Positions 1 through 9,261 are shown, counted from the stretch's first letter. The stretch is 48,877 nt of DNA from a virus (IMGVR_UViG_3300042360_000387:1-48877); one strand, 5' to 3'. Notes: generated from the letters alone by a model not told the origin. Numbers and translations are program-made.

Positions 1-134
1 ATCTATGGTTGCCCTACTATTATCAACCATAGATAAATTGATTAAGTTTTCTATTGCATCAATCATCTCAATTCTCAAACGGGGCGTTACCCCGAATGCT
101 CCTGTTGGTTAAACCAGCCGTTGCTGATAAGGTG

Positions 135-163
135 ATAATATGTGCAATTAATATTAATGTCAA
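135..163 (-). promoter_or_regulatory. sigma70-type promoter firing leftward into a structured leader
   Basis: Minus strand reads TTGACA-N17-TATTAT. Confidence 0.7.
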
Positions 164-176
164 TGGTTATTTTGTA

Positions 177-204
177 TTGACTTAATATTTTTTTACTATA
201 TAAT
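177..204 (+). promoter_or_regulatory. sigma70-type promoter, divergent from the previous one
   Basis: TTGACT-N16-TATAAT upstream of an AAGGGG SD and TTG start at 231. Confidence 0.55.
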
Positions 205-230
205 AGATACATACAACAAAGGGGATTAAA

Positions 231-386
231 TTGAATAAAAAAGTGCATATTATATTAACAGAAGAGGCTTACGAGCTACTTGGTAAAATCCAAGAAATGA
301 TAAAGCAAAAAGAAATGGTGCAATACTGCACACAGTCACAAGCAATAACCAAGGTTTTAGTTGCGTATTATGAGGGATTTCCATAA
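231..386 (+). CDS. small putative ribbon-helix-helix DNA-binding protein (51 aa, not in ORF track)
   Basis: TTG start after AAGGGG; MNKKVHIILTEEAYELLGKIQ...TQSQAITKVL shows the beta-strand/helix/helix pattern of RHH proteins. Confidence 0.55.
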   Translation: MNKKVHIILTEEAYELLGKIQEMIKQKEMVQYCTQSQAITKVLVAYYEGFP

Positions 387-447
387 AGTAAATTACTAAA
401 TGTTTTCTATTATTTCGTTCTTCAATTTCTATTCTAGTAGCTTTCAT
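250..447 (-). CDS. hypothetical protein (3' part overlaps the RHH ORF antisense; possibly truncated)
   Basis: GAGG SD and ATG just after the oxygenase gene; no recognisable motif. Confidence 0.3.
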   Translation of the reverse strand: MKATRIEIEERNNRKHLVIYFMEIPHNTQLKPWLLLVTVCSIAPFLFALSFLGFYQVARKPLLLI

Positions 448-458
448 AATTTTTCCTC

Positions 459-1037
459 TTAGTATTGTAAGTAAGTTCCAAGAATATACTTGTCAGAACT
501 TATTGGTTTATTTCCTTGGTGTAAGTGTGTCCATGTTGATGGGAATACTAAAACATCACCACATGAAGGTTTAATAGAAATCCCATAATCAGGGAAATTT
601 GTTTCACCTCCTTCTTCAACATCATTCAAGTATAGTATAATTACAAGAAATCTTTTAGCAGTTTCGTAATTCCTAACATCTACATGTTCCGAAAAGAATC
701 CTTCGCCTTTATTATATTTTTTAATTCTACAATTTTCATAATTATATACATCTGGAAATTGTTTATTGTGTATTTGAAGAGTGCTTTTATAATCATTAAC
801 TATAGAATTGCATGAGTTATAGAAATAATTAATAATATCACTTGTATTGTGAGGAATTTCTTTATTCAATAATTTCAAAACATTATAGATATTTGGGATA
901 TCTATTTCAGAAAAGTTGTAAAAATCTGGAATGTTTCTAATAATTTGATTTTCTTGATTTTCTTCAAAGTATTCTATAACTGATTGACAGAACTCTTTTT
1001 GCATTATTCTTTTATAGTGATGTATATAATTTTTCAT
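459..1037 (-). CDS. 2OG-Fe(II) oxygenase (prolyl-4-hydroxylase-like)
   Basis: HVD...YLNDVEEGGETNF...H.H.G...KY motifs. Confidence 0.9.
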   Translation of the reverse strand: MKNYIHHYKRIMQKEFCQSVIEYFEENQENQIIRNIPDFYNFSEIDIPNIYNVLKLLNKEIPHNTSDIINYFYNSCNSIVNDYKSTLQIHNKQFPDVYNYENCRIKKYNKGEGFFSEHVDVRNYETAKRFLVIILYLNDVEEGGETNFPDYGISIKPSCGDVLVFPSTWTHLHQGNKPISSDKYILGTYLQY

Positions 1038-2410
1038 AATTTAAAATCCGATGTATCTACTTTGTTTCGTTTGTCTTTCTTAAAACTGTTGACTGCTTTT
1101 TCTATAGGTTCTGGTGCAGGTTGTTTGTTGAGAAAATCCATAGAAGTATCTTCAACATCATAGTATGTCATTTTAGGAAAATCGATACCAATAATAAATC
1201 TTTTACGATTATTAAGATCTGCATATCTATTCTTTAATTGTTTAAACATTATTTTATTTTCTTTATCTAATTCTTCTGTCCTTACGGCAGCAATATAAAA
1301 ATCAAGAATTGCAGGAAGCCCCATACTTTCAGCGGTGTTTGTAATATCAGGGTCAGAATTAAAACCTTGTTTGGAAAATTGCGCACCTGTAAATATTACT
1401 ATATTTTTTTCTATAGCTAATCCTCTAATTTCTTCACCAATATTTTTAACATACTCGTAAGAGTTGTTAAACTTTGCTCTAGTAGATGCACAAATGCTAA
1501 GATAATCAACAAAAACTATGTCAGTTTTGAAATCTTTCTTTAATTCTAATTCACTCAATAAGTGTCTAAAATGTCCGACATGCGCAGAAGAAGTAGGATA
1601 TTGTTTTATTTTTAATTTTCCAAGTTTTTTAGTTTTAATTTTATTTAATTTTTCTTGTAATAATGCTGGTGCAATTTTTGGTAATTCTCCTATATTAGTT
1701 TTAAGCAAATTTGCATCTATACGTTCAGCCACTTTATATTCAGAAAGTTCTAATGTTATATAAACAACATTATATCCTGCTAGTAAATATTGTGCGGCTA
1801 GAAAACACATAAACATAGATTTCCCAGAATGAATTGCTCCCGCAACACAATTCAAAGTTTTTCTTTCTACACCACCGTTTGTAATGTCATTAAGACTTTT
1901 TAAACTAAATGGGATTTTATCTAACTGTTTTGTATAATTTAAAAACCTTTCTTCAGAATCATCTATATAGTCATGGCCTATAGAACTATCAAACGAAACA
2001 GAAATTGCATCTTTAAGAATCTCAGGAATTTGTCCTAACAAATTCACTTTATTATCAGAACGAATTTCAATAGCCTTTGTTAGTGCAATATCTAAAGCTC
2101 GTTCTTTACACCATATTTCTGTATTATCTGTAAGAATATCTAAATTGACTTCACATTCTTCAATAAAAATAGTATCTAAAGTTTTTAGAATGTTCTTTTC
2201 AGTATCGTCATTGATATTAGTTAATGCAGAAACTGCTAGCACTAGAGATTCTTTAGAAGGCATCTTATTGTATTTGTCAATGATTTTTTTACCAATTAGA
2301 AAAATAATCTTTTCATGTTTTTCTGTAAAATAATCTAATTCAATGAAGGGTAGGACTCTCCTGCAATATGTTTCATTACGAAACAATTCTCTTAATACGA
2401 TAAGTTCCAT
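1034..2410 (-). CDS. gp41: replicative DNA helicase, T4 gp41-like
   Basis: Walker A GAIHSGKS, ITLELSE, IFVDYL, KNRY; follows uvsX as in T4-like phages. Confidence 0.95.
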   Translation of the reverse strand: MELIVLRELFRNETYCRRVLPFIELDYFTEKHEKIIFLIGKKIIDKYNKMPSKESLVLAVSALTNINDDTEKNILKTLDTIFIEECEVNLDILTDNTEIWCKERALDIALTKAIEIRSDNKVNLLGQIPEILKDAISVSFDSSIGHDYIDDSEERFLNYTKQLDKIPFSLKSLNDITNGGVERKTLNCVAGAIHSGKSMFMCFLAAQYLLAGYNVVYITLELSEYKVAERIDANLLKTNIGELPKIAPALLQEKLNKIKTKKLGKLKIKQYPTSSAHVGHFRHLLSELELKKDFKTDIVFVDYLSICASTRAKFNNSYEYVKNIGEEIRGLAIEKNIVIFTGAQFSKQGFNSDPDITNTAESMGLPAILDFYIAAVRTEELDKENKIMFKQLKNRYADLNNRKRFIIGIDFPKMTYYDVEDTSMDFLNKQPAPEPIEKAVNSFKKDKRNKVDTSDFKL

Positions 2411-2417
2411 AATTTCC

Positions 2418-2720
2418 TTATTCTTTTTCAGTTGCTAATAATTCTATCACATCTATCATAACATTGTCAACTATAATTTGAATAGATTCTTTATTATACG
2501 GAGCATTTTTTAATTCGTCATTCCCATCAATGTCAATAATTTTCCATAAATAATGCAACCTTTCGTTATCCATCAACATTTCGCCAAGATGTATGACTAA
2601 ACCTTTAAAATCACCTTCTATAATTTTAAAAATTATCCCATAATCTATTTCATTGTATGGAATTTCTACAAAAATATAATTTTTCACAATTTTAATCCCT
2701 AAAATAATTTTTAATTTCAT
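2418..2720 (-). CDS. hypothetical protein
   Basis: ORF tightly packed in the uvsX-41 operon; start uncertain. Confidence 0.55.
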   Translation of the reverse strand: MKLKIILGIKIVKNYIFVEIPYNEIDYGIIFKIIEGDFKGLVIHLGEMLMDNERLHYLWKIIDIDGNDELKNAPYNKESIQIIVDNVMIDVIELLATEKE

Positions 2721-2889
2721 GAATAATAAAATCTATTTCTTCTTTATAAATTATTGTTTCCTCCCTATATATTCCAGTATATGACTCTATCCAAACATTA
2801 ATTAGATATAGAGTTACAATTATTGATAAGGTTATTCCTGTTACAAATAGATATATAAGGAGGAACAATAATTTAATAAGTAATTTCAT
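2692..2889 (-). CDS. small membrane protein
   Basis: Long hydrophobic N-terminal segment; operon context. Confidence 0.5.
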   Translation of the reverse strand: MKLLIKLLFLLIYLFVTGITLSIIVTLYLINVWIESYTGIYREETIIYKEEIDFIIHEIKNYFRD

Positions 2890-2894
2890 GACGT

Positions 2895-4109
2895 TTATTC
2901 TTCTTGGTTAAGTATGCTGTTAAGTGAAAATTTATTTTTTATGAAAGTTTTGAATTTTTCGCAATCTAAGATATCATTCCAGAACTCTTTAGTGTGAGTG
3001 TTTTTTTCTCGGATTTTCTTATCGGATATTTCGCCTGTTTCCATATCTACTTTAGAATACCACCCTTGAACTGGTTTGACAACATGACCCGATTCTATAG
3101 CAAGATCTAGTAATCCAGAATACTTGTCTATTCCTTTCTCAAATGATATAGATAACGGAAACTTGGACTTTTCTTTTACAAAACGAGATTTCTCAGCGTT
3201 GATAACGAAAGTATATCCAGAAGTTTCTTTACCATCTTTTTCTTGTTGCCTTCCAATAATAAACGCTTGATTAGCAGAATATAAAATTCCTGTTCCCCCA
3301 GATATAACCTTTTTAGGGAATGAATCCATTGTATCGTAAGTGTGTGCAATACAAATCATTGGAATATTTTTTGTCTGTAAGTATGGTGTAACCATTCTAA
3401 AGAAACTTTTCAACTGCTTTGCTCTTGACATATCAGCAACAGATTTTTCGTCTTTTGCGTCATCAATTTCTTTTTTTGAAGCTAAATTACCAATAGAATC
3501 GACTATGATAATTATATTATCTTTACGATCAATAGTTTCCAATTTTTTAATAATATCAAATTTTAATTCTTCAATATTATGAATAGGAATATGCAAAATA
3601 TTTTCAGTTTGACATCCTATACTTTTAAAATAACTCATAGGAGTCCCAAATTCAGAATCATAGAATAGAACTACTGATTCTTCATATTTATCTTGAAATG
3701 CTTTGACTATATGCAACCCAATTCCTGTATTATGGTGGATAATATTTCCATTGTTTTCGGAATTGATATACCAGTGAGGAGCTTCTATAGAAATGTCATA
3801 AACATCTTCAATAAGATTATTATGTTTAATAGAAATTGTAGTCAGAAATCCTTCTAAAGTTTTTATTATAGAATGTATTTTTAAATCTTTAGCTTCTATA
3901 GGTAACTCATCTTCATTCATGAATACATGAGAATCTCCTATAGTCAACTGAATATTATTAGAAAATTTTAATGTTATTGTTTCACTTTGTTTTTTGCATG
4001 AAGCCAATATTGGGGAATAAGACCATGGAGTTCTGACATAATATTTTTTTTCTGGAAATTTTGTAATTGCTTCATGTAATTGTTTGTAAGTTAATACTTC
4101 TTTTTTCAT
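2895..4109 (-). CDS. uvsX: UvsX recombinase C-terminal part preceded by split-intein C-fragment (127 aa)
   Basis: Intein block B (GDSH), block F (VYDISIE..HWY) and G (IIHHN/T); then FYDSEFG, VDSIGNLAS, SGGTG of RecA/UvsX; own AAGGA SD. Confidence 0.93.
   Translation of the reverse strand: MKKEVLTYKQLHEAITKFPEKKYYVRTPWSYSPILASCKKQSETITLKFSNNIQLTIGDSHVFMNEDELPIEAKDLKIHSIIKTLEGFLTTISIKHNNLIEDVYDISIEAPHWYINSENNGNIIHHNTGIGLHIVKAFQDKYEESVVLFYDSEFGTPMSYFKSIGCQTENILHIPIHNIEELKFDIIKKLETIDRKDNIIIIVDSIGNLASKKEIDDAKDEKSVADMSRAKQLKSFFRMVTPYLQTKNIPMICIAHTYDTMDSFPKKVISGGTGILYSANQAFIIGRQQEKDGKETSGYTFVINAEKSRFVKEKSKFPLSISFEKGIDKYSGLLDLAIESGHVVKPVQGWYSKVDMETGEISDKKIREKNTHTKEFWNDILDCEKFKTFIKNKFSLNSILNQEE
3729..4109 (-). 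mobile_element. split intein, C-fragment (IntC)
   Basis: Ends His-Asn followed by +1 Thr; no endonuclease domain inside. Confidence 0.88.
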
Positions 4110-4347
4110 TTATTTTTCCTTTCATCATTTCAATAAATTCATTTAAGTTTTCGTCAGACCATACTATATTATAATCAAATCCTTTTGTAATTGCAAGTTG
4201 TTTTTTCATATTATCACTTTTATAAACTTGCTCGTATGTTGCTCCGTAAGGATTTTTCCATTCTGTATCATTTTCTTTAGGATGCTTTGATAGTCTTGCT
4301 GTTATTCTATAGTATAGACTTCTATTTCCGTATCTGGATGGAAACAT
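4072..4347 (-). pseudogene. remnant of Vsr-like/EDxHD homing endonuclease between the uvsX halves
   Basis: HP...D.MKKQLAITKGFDYNIVWSD resembles the C-terminal end of Vsr/DUF559-type nucleases; N-terminal catalytic part absent. Confidence 0.6.
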
Positions 4348-4538
4348 TTATAGTGACGACTAGGACCAGCCAGAATAGTTAATCCTGGAGTAAATCCTCC
4401 GTCAATATCACCACTAAAGGCAATATTTAGAATGGGGATATCTGTTGGGATCGTATCATTATCGTTATACATCACACTGCTTTCTAAAGAGTATGATTTA
4501 ATAGCACCTGCTTTCTTCATTTTATCTAAAATACTCAT
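4302..4538 (-). CDS. uvsX: UvsX N-terminal part (64 aa) fused to split-intein N-fragment (14 aa)
   Basis: LNIAFSG..DGG..PGLTILAGPSRHYK (UvsX P-loop) followed by intein block A CFHPDTEIEV then stop. Confidence 0.92.
   Translation of the reverse strand: MSILDKMKKAGAIKSYSLESSVMYNDNDTIPTDIPILNIAFSGDIDGGFTPGLTILAGPSRHYKCFHPDTEIEVYTIE
4305..4346 (-). mobile_element. split intein, N-fragment (IntN, CFHPDTEIEVYTIE)
   Basis: Cys1 block-A motif immediately after the Walker A lysine. Confidence 0.85.
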
Positions 4539-4544
4539 TTTTCC

Positions 4545-7037
4545 TCAATCAAATAGGCTGTTTGTTAATGTTAAACCCATAACCGATAGTAAATCTGAAA
4601 TAGATGATTTATACATTTTAAAAAACATTGTTTTCTTATCAACATATTTCGTATCTACAATCTGTTTAGGGAATGTTTGTGGATAGGCTATGATATCTTC
4701 GCCAATAGTATTTGGCGTTTTCAGATAAATATACTTTACTTTATCACCATCTTTAATTAAAGGCAATACATTTTTTAATTTATTTTTCTCAATGTAGTGA
4801 TTATATAACAGTGAACCTCTAACATATATAGGAGTTGATTTTTTGTATATTGTTTTATAGTCACTATATTTAGACAATCCCGATATTGATGACGTAAAAG
4901 AAATATCCTCAATATCCATTTTGTTAAATAGAGTTTCTACTTGTGATATTTTATTAAGAACATTTTTCTTGATATCTTTTACTTCACTAGTGACAATTAT
5001 CTTGTAGGTTTCTTCAAGCATTTGTGAAATGATTTTAGGAAACTTTGATGTTACGGATTCTAATCCCATAATCTTAAGTTTAGGAACTTCATATCTTGTC
5101 CCTTCCATATCAAGAACATGTGCAACATATTTTTTCTTAGCTTTCCAAAGTGCTTTGTCTGCAATTACTTCACGTTTCATATCCATGTAGTTTTTAGGAC
5201 AATTCATATATTCTGAAAGTTCTATAAAGCATTTTTCAATATATGGATTTACTTTTTGTTCTACTAATCTATCAAGAAACTCACATTTTTTTTCTGTAGA
5301 TAAATCAGGACACTTGTTTTCAATGAGTTTTCCAAATGTTAAGATTACAGAATCAGTATCACTGGCGATAACATAGTCAACATTTTTTGTTTGACAAATT
5401 AAATTTAAATATTCATTCAGTTTCTTAGCAATCCATCTAATAGTAAGTTGTCCAGAAAGTGTGATGGCTTCTGCATTTCTAACATCATAGTATCTAAAAT
5501 ATTGATTGCCTAAAATACCATAAAGGGAGTTAATTTGAATTTTCTTAGCATTTTGCATCAAATTATAACGAACTTTTTCTTCATCTACAGATTTAGAATA
5601 TTCTATAGCGAGTTTCTTTTCAGCAGCTTGCATACGTTTCTTATATTCTTTACGTTGCGCAAAGAATTTCTTCATAAGATCTGGGAGCAGAGATTCTTCA
5701 GAATATTTGTAAGTGCAACCATTAGCCGCAATAATATTTTCACATTGTGAAGTATCGAACTCTTGAGAAAGCAATTTATCTACTGTAACATCATATCGTT
5801 TAGATTGAATAGATTCTGGAGAAATACAATACTGCATTATTAAATGCGGATACAGACTTGTTAAATCTAAAGAAACAACCCATTCGTGCAATCCTTTAAG
5901 AGGTTCCTTAACATACCCACCCTCGAAATCACTTACGATTTTATTTTCGTTTTTGAATGGGATTGCAATTTTCTTTTCACGAAGATAGTTAAAAATAATT
6001 ACATCCCAATACTTCACGGGTGAGAATGTATCCTCAAAATTAACTTTGCTTGTAAATGCGTTAATAACAACAGTTTCTAAGAATCTATATTTTTCGTCAA
6101 GATTTTTAAGAATTTGAACATCTCGCAAGTTATAATCCATAAATTTTGAATAATTGTTCTTATAGAAAAGGTGCATAGGACCATCTTCTTCATAAGATAT
6201 CTTACCTTCGCCGAGTTCTTCCTTAGCGATTGCATCTAACTTATATGATGCTTGATTTTTACCTCTGTATTTTTTATATACTTCAAGATAATCAAGATGC
6301 GAAATTCCTAATATTTCATAAGTTAGCTTGTCGTTACCATAAGCATCTTTAGAGTTCTTTTCATTAATTATTCCCCAAGGTGAAAGTCGCTTGGCTTCCT
6401 TTTCGGAAAGCATTCGGCAAATTCTATTAACGATGTATGGAATATCAAATCCTTTAGAATTCCACCCACTAACAATATCTGGATAATCAGCACTCCATAT
6501 TCTTAAGAACTTCAACAGCATATCTTCTTCGGAAACACAATCTACATGTTTTACGCTATCACCATGGAGATTATTCCATTCTCCATATTTTTTAACAGTG
6601 AAAACAATATAAGCAGCCAACTTTGAAGAATACATTGTCATTGCGTTTATAGGTTGGTCTGCTTTGTGAACATTGGGAAAAGAGTCCTCGCATTCAGTTT
6701 CTATATCTATAAAAGCATAGTGTATTTTTGAAAAGTCGTAATCTATATCACCTTCAAAATTATCTGCAATGTAGCAATACTTGATATCTTTATTACCATA
6801 GATTCTCATCCCTGTATCTTCATAATTTTTAAGATAATCTTTTTGCTCACTTATAGATAAAAATTGCTTGCGTTTTAGAGGTTCGTTGTAGATTGTTCTA
6901 TATGGAGTTTCTAGTGTGCTATCAGGTAAAAATAACGAAGGTTCATAGTCTAATCTATCTAGTATGAACCCACCGTCATAATATCCTCTATAAAGAATTT
7001 TGTTTCCCTTTACTTGGACATTTGTGTAAAAATTCAT
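4545..7037 (-). CDS. gp43: family B DNA polymerase, T4 gp43-like
   Basis: Exo DIE, GWNS..FD; Pol DLTSLYP, K...NSLYG, SDTDS, KKKY. Confidence 0.98.
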   Translation of the reverse strand: MNFYTNVQVKGNKILYRGYYDGGFILDRLDYEPSLFLPDSTLETPYRTIYNEPLKRKQFLSISEQKDYLKNYEDTGMRIYGNKDIKYCYIADNFEGDIDYDFSKIHYAFIDIETECEDSFPNVHKADQPINAMTMYSSKLAAYIVFTVKKYGEWNNLHGDSVKHVDCVSEEDMLLKFLRIWSADYPDIVSGWNSKGFDIPYIVNRICRMLSEKEAKRLSPWGIINEKNSKDAYGNDKLTYEILGISHLDYLEVYKKYRGKNQASYKLDAIAKEELGEGKISYEEDGPMHLFYKNNYSKFMDYNLRDVQILKNLDEKYRFLETVVINAFTSKVNFEDTFSPVKYWDVIIFNYLREKKIAIPFKNENKIVSDFEGGYVKEPLKGLHEWVVSLDLTSLYPHLIMQYCISPESIQSKRYDVTVDKLLSQEFDTSQCENIIAANGCTYKYSEESLLPDLMKKFFAQRKEYKKRMQAAEKKLAIEYSKSVDEEKVRYNLMQNAKKIQINSLYGILGNQYFRYYDVRNAEAITLSGQLTIRWIAKKLNEYLNLICQTKNVDYVIASDTDSVILTFGKLIENKCPDLSTEKKCEFLDRLVEQKVNPYIEKCFIELSEYMNCPKNYMDMKREVIADKALWKAKKKYVAHVLDMEGTRYEVPKLKIMGLESVTSKFPKIISQMLEETYKIIVTSEVKDIKKNVLNKISQVETLFNKMDIEDISFTSSISGLSKYSDYKTIYKKSTPIYVRGSLLYNHYIEKNKLKNVLPLIKDGDKVKYIYLKTPNTIGEDIIAYPQTFPKQIVDTKYVDKKTMFFKMYKSSISDLLSVMGLTLTNSLFD

Positions 7038-7226
7038 TTATACTCCAATAATTTTTAATTGACACAGTATAACGAAAAATAATGCAGCTGCTATAATATA
7101 CTTGAATTCTATAAGAATAGCAACAACAAATGTTAATAAAATTAAAGAAACTCCAAATGTCCCTAATAGAAATATTCCCAAAACCGGAATTATGGTATAT
7201 AATATATCTTTAAATTGTTTTTTCAT
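7038..7226 (-). CDS. small membrane protein
   Basis: Hydrophobic helices; ATG at 7226 lies downstream of a TTGCGT-N17-TATAAT promoter. Confidence 0.55.
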   Translation of the reverse strand: MKKQFKDILYTIIPVLGIFLLGTFGVSLILLTFVVAILIEFKYIIAAALFFVILCQLKIIGV

Positions 7227-7296
7227 GTTATACCCTATATTTAACTTAAAGTTATTATAACACACTCTAAATAATTACGCAATAAATAAATGCAAT

Positions 7297-7929
7297 ATGG
7301 TAACAAATCCTTTCTTTAATAATTATTATACTTACACTCCAACACAGAATATGGTGGAGGATTTGTTGATTGAAAATATTAGTATCCATGGATTTGATTT
7401 TATCTACATTCCAAGAACTCTTATATCAGAAGATAAACTATTTGGGGAAGATAGAAACTCATCTTTTGAAGAATTCTTCACTTTAGAAATGTATATTAAT
7501 TCTGTTATGGATTTTGGAGGTGAACATGAATTCGTTTCCAAGTTCGGTTTAGAAATTCGTAATGAAATAAAACTTACATGTTCTAAAAAAAGATTTAGTG
7601 ATGTTACTCAATTATCTAGACCTCTTGAAGGTGATTTAATATATTTCCCACTTTCAAAAAGTCTTTTTCAAATTGACTTTGTGAATTATGATAATCCTTT
7701 CTATCAATTTGGGAAACTGTATTCTTATGAATTTACATGCACTCTATTTGATTATTCACACGAGTCTTTTGAGACTTCATATCAAGAAGTCGATGATATT
7801 GAAACTATACTAGCAATTAATAATAGTGTTGTCAATGATAAATATGCTGAGAACACAAGTATTTCTACAGAATCTAATAACTATATAGATTTTAATGAAA
7901 ACAACCCATTTGGAAATTTAGAGGAATAA
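7297..7929 (+). CDS. gp14: neck protein gp14-like
   Basis: NPFFN start, YIPR, SKFGLEIR, RPLEGDLIYFP, NPFG end. Confidence 0.93.
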   Translation: MVTNPFFNNYYTYTPTQNMVEDLLIENISIHGFDFIYIPRTLISEDKLFGEDRNSSFEEFFTLEMYINSVMDFGGEHEFVSKFGLEIRNEIKLTCSKKRFSDVTQLSRPLEGDLIYFPLSKSLFQIDFVNYDNPFYQFGKLYSYEFTCTLFDYSHESFETSYQEVDDIETILAINNSVVNDKYAENTSISTESNNYIDFNENNPFGNLEE

Positions 7930-7930
7930 A

Positions 7931-8980
7931 ATGTCCATACCTAGAATATATACAAATTATAGAAGAAGTGCTGCTAACGAGTGGTTGAGTTCTATTGATG
8001 ATACAAATGCACTATACATATTTTTAGGAAAATCCACCGCATGGGATAATGATAACGCTCCTCCTCTACCACAAGAATCTACTGCCGAAATATTTGCAAA
8101 TTATACTGATATGTTGGCAATGAAACGAGTTAATAATTCTGATTTTAGAAAGGGTATTAGAAATATTACTTGGGTTTCTGGGACTGCATATAATGAATAT
8201 AATTCAATAGCAACAAATTTATTTTCCAACTCTAATTTTTATGTAGTCACTAGCGCACTAAGAGTTTATAAGTGTATTTCTAATAACAATGGTGGATTAT
8301 CAACTGTTGAACCTATAGGGACACAAACTTCTATTATTACTACTGGGGATAATTATCGTTGGAAATATATGTATAGTATCCCATCAAATGATGCAGTTAA
8401 TTTTGTGACTGATTCTTGGATCCCAGTATATGTAGATAGTGCTGTTGCAGCGGCAGCTGTTGATGGGACTATAGAACAAATAAAAATAACTGCTGGGGGG
8501 TCTGGATATACTTCTGCAACAGTTACGATAACTTCTACGACAGGAACTAGTGCAACGGCGACAGCTGTTATTACTGCTGGAGTTATTACTGCGATAAACA
8601 TGACAAATGTTGGATCTGGATATAGAAATGCAACAGTTACGATTACTGGGAATGGAACTGGTGCGACAGCATACGCTGTTATAAGTCCTTATGGAGGACA
8701 TGGTAAAAACCCTATACAAGAATTAGGGAGTAAAAATCTTATACTATCAACAACTATTATAGGAAATGAAGATGAAGTATTCCCTATAGATGTAAGTTTT
8801 AGAAAAGTTGGATTGATAGTTAACCCATTACTACTTGATAATTCTGCAGCAACTTCTGATACTTATGCTGGTAGTGCTATTAAAATAGGATCTGGTGAAA
8901 TGATATGGATTAACTATCGTCAACCAATAGTTAGGACTTCTGATAGTTCTAACCAATTTAACTTACTATTAATTTTTTAA
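7931..8980 (+). CDS. gp8: baseplate wedge subunit gp8-like
   Basis: LYIFLG..TAW, FYVVT...VYKCISNN, GDNYRWKYMYSI, GGHG..P..ELG; GSGY repeats. Confidence 0.88.
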   Translation: MSIPRIYTNYRRSAANEWLSSIDDTNALYIFLGKSTAWDNDNAPPLPQESTAEIFANYTDMLAMKRVNNSDFRKGIRNITWVSGTAYNEYNSIATNLFSNSNFYVVTSALRVYKCISNNNGGLSTVEPIGTQTSIITTGDNYRWKYMYSIPSNDAVNFVTDSWIPVYVDSAVAAAAVDGTIEQIKITAGGSGYTSATVTITSTTGTSATATAVITAGVITAINMTNVGSGYRNATVTITGNGTGATAYAVISPYGGHGKNPIQELGSKNLILSTTIIGNEDEVFPIDVSFRKVGLIVNPLLLDNSAATSDTYAGSAIKIGSGEMIWINYRQPIVRTSDSSNQFNLLLIF

Positions 8981-8991
8981 AATTGAATGTG

Positions 8992-9165
8992 TTATTTTCT
9001 TTTTTTATTTTCTAATTGTTCAATTTGACTTTTTAATTTTTGTTTTTGAATTTCATCTAAATTATCTGACAATTTACCGATTACTCTATTTTGCTTTTTT
9101 TCTAGCTCTAATAGACTTTTTTTAGCATTTTTAATCATTCTATTAATTTCTTTTTCTGTCAACAT
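8992..9165 (-). CDS. small basic coiled-coil protein (57 aa, not in ORF track)
   Basis: AGGAG SD and early promoter cassette upstream; MLTEKEINRMIKNAKK... Confidence 0.6.
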   Translation of the reverse strand: MLTEKEINRMIKNAKKSLLELEKKQNRVIGKLSDNLDEIQKQKLKSQIEQLENKKRK

Positions 9166-9257
9166 AATAAACTCCTAATTGTTTGAAATATTTTATAAAG
9201 TAATAATTATCACCGCTTTATAAAAACTAATATAATGTATTAATTTACACTTGTAAA
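9166..9257 (-). promoter_or_regulatory. early promoter + stem-loop + SD cassette
   Basis: TTTACA-N17-TATATT, stem TTTTATAAAG/CTTTATAAAA (9191-9225), AGGAG. Confidence 0.7.
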
Positions 9258-9261
9258 GCAT

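Noticed and set aside
60-130. Possible tRNA or tmRNA in the GC-rich patch
   Set aside because: No cloverleaf, T-loop or CCA could be built; kept only as an unclassified structured leader.
4072-4538. Programmed frameshift or group I intron joining the uvsX parts
   Set aside because: Intein termini on both ORFs, a separate SD for the second ORF and a spacer lacking evident group I core elements favour protein trans-splicing.
8480-8690. GSGY/ATVTIT repeats in gene 8
   Set aside because: Ordinary repeats of T4-like baseplate proteins, not a DGR target or array.
9208-9216. TATCACCGC, identical to the lambda operator half-site, here and at 21434-21442
   Set aside because: No symmetric second half; explained as part of the cassette stem-loop.
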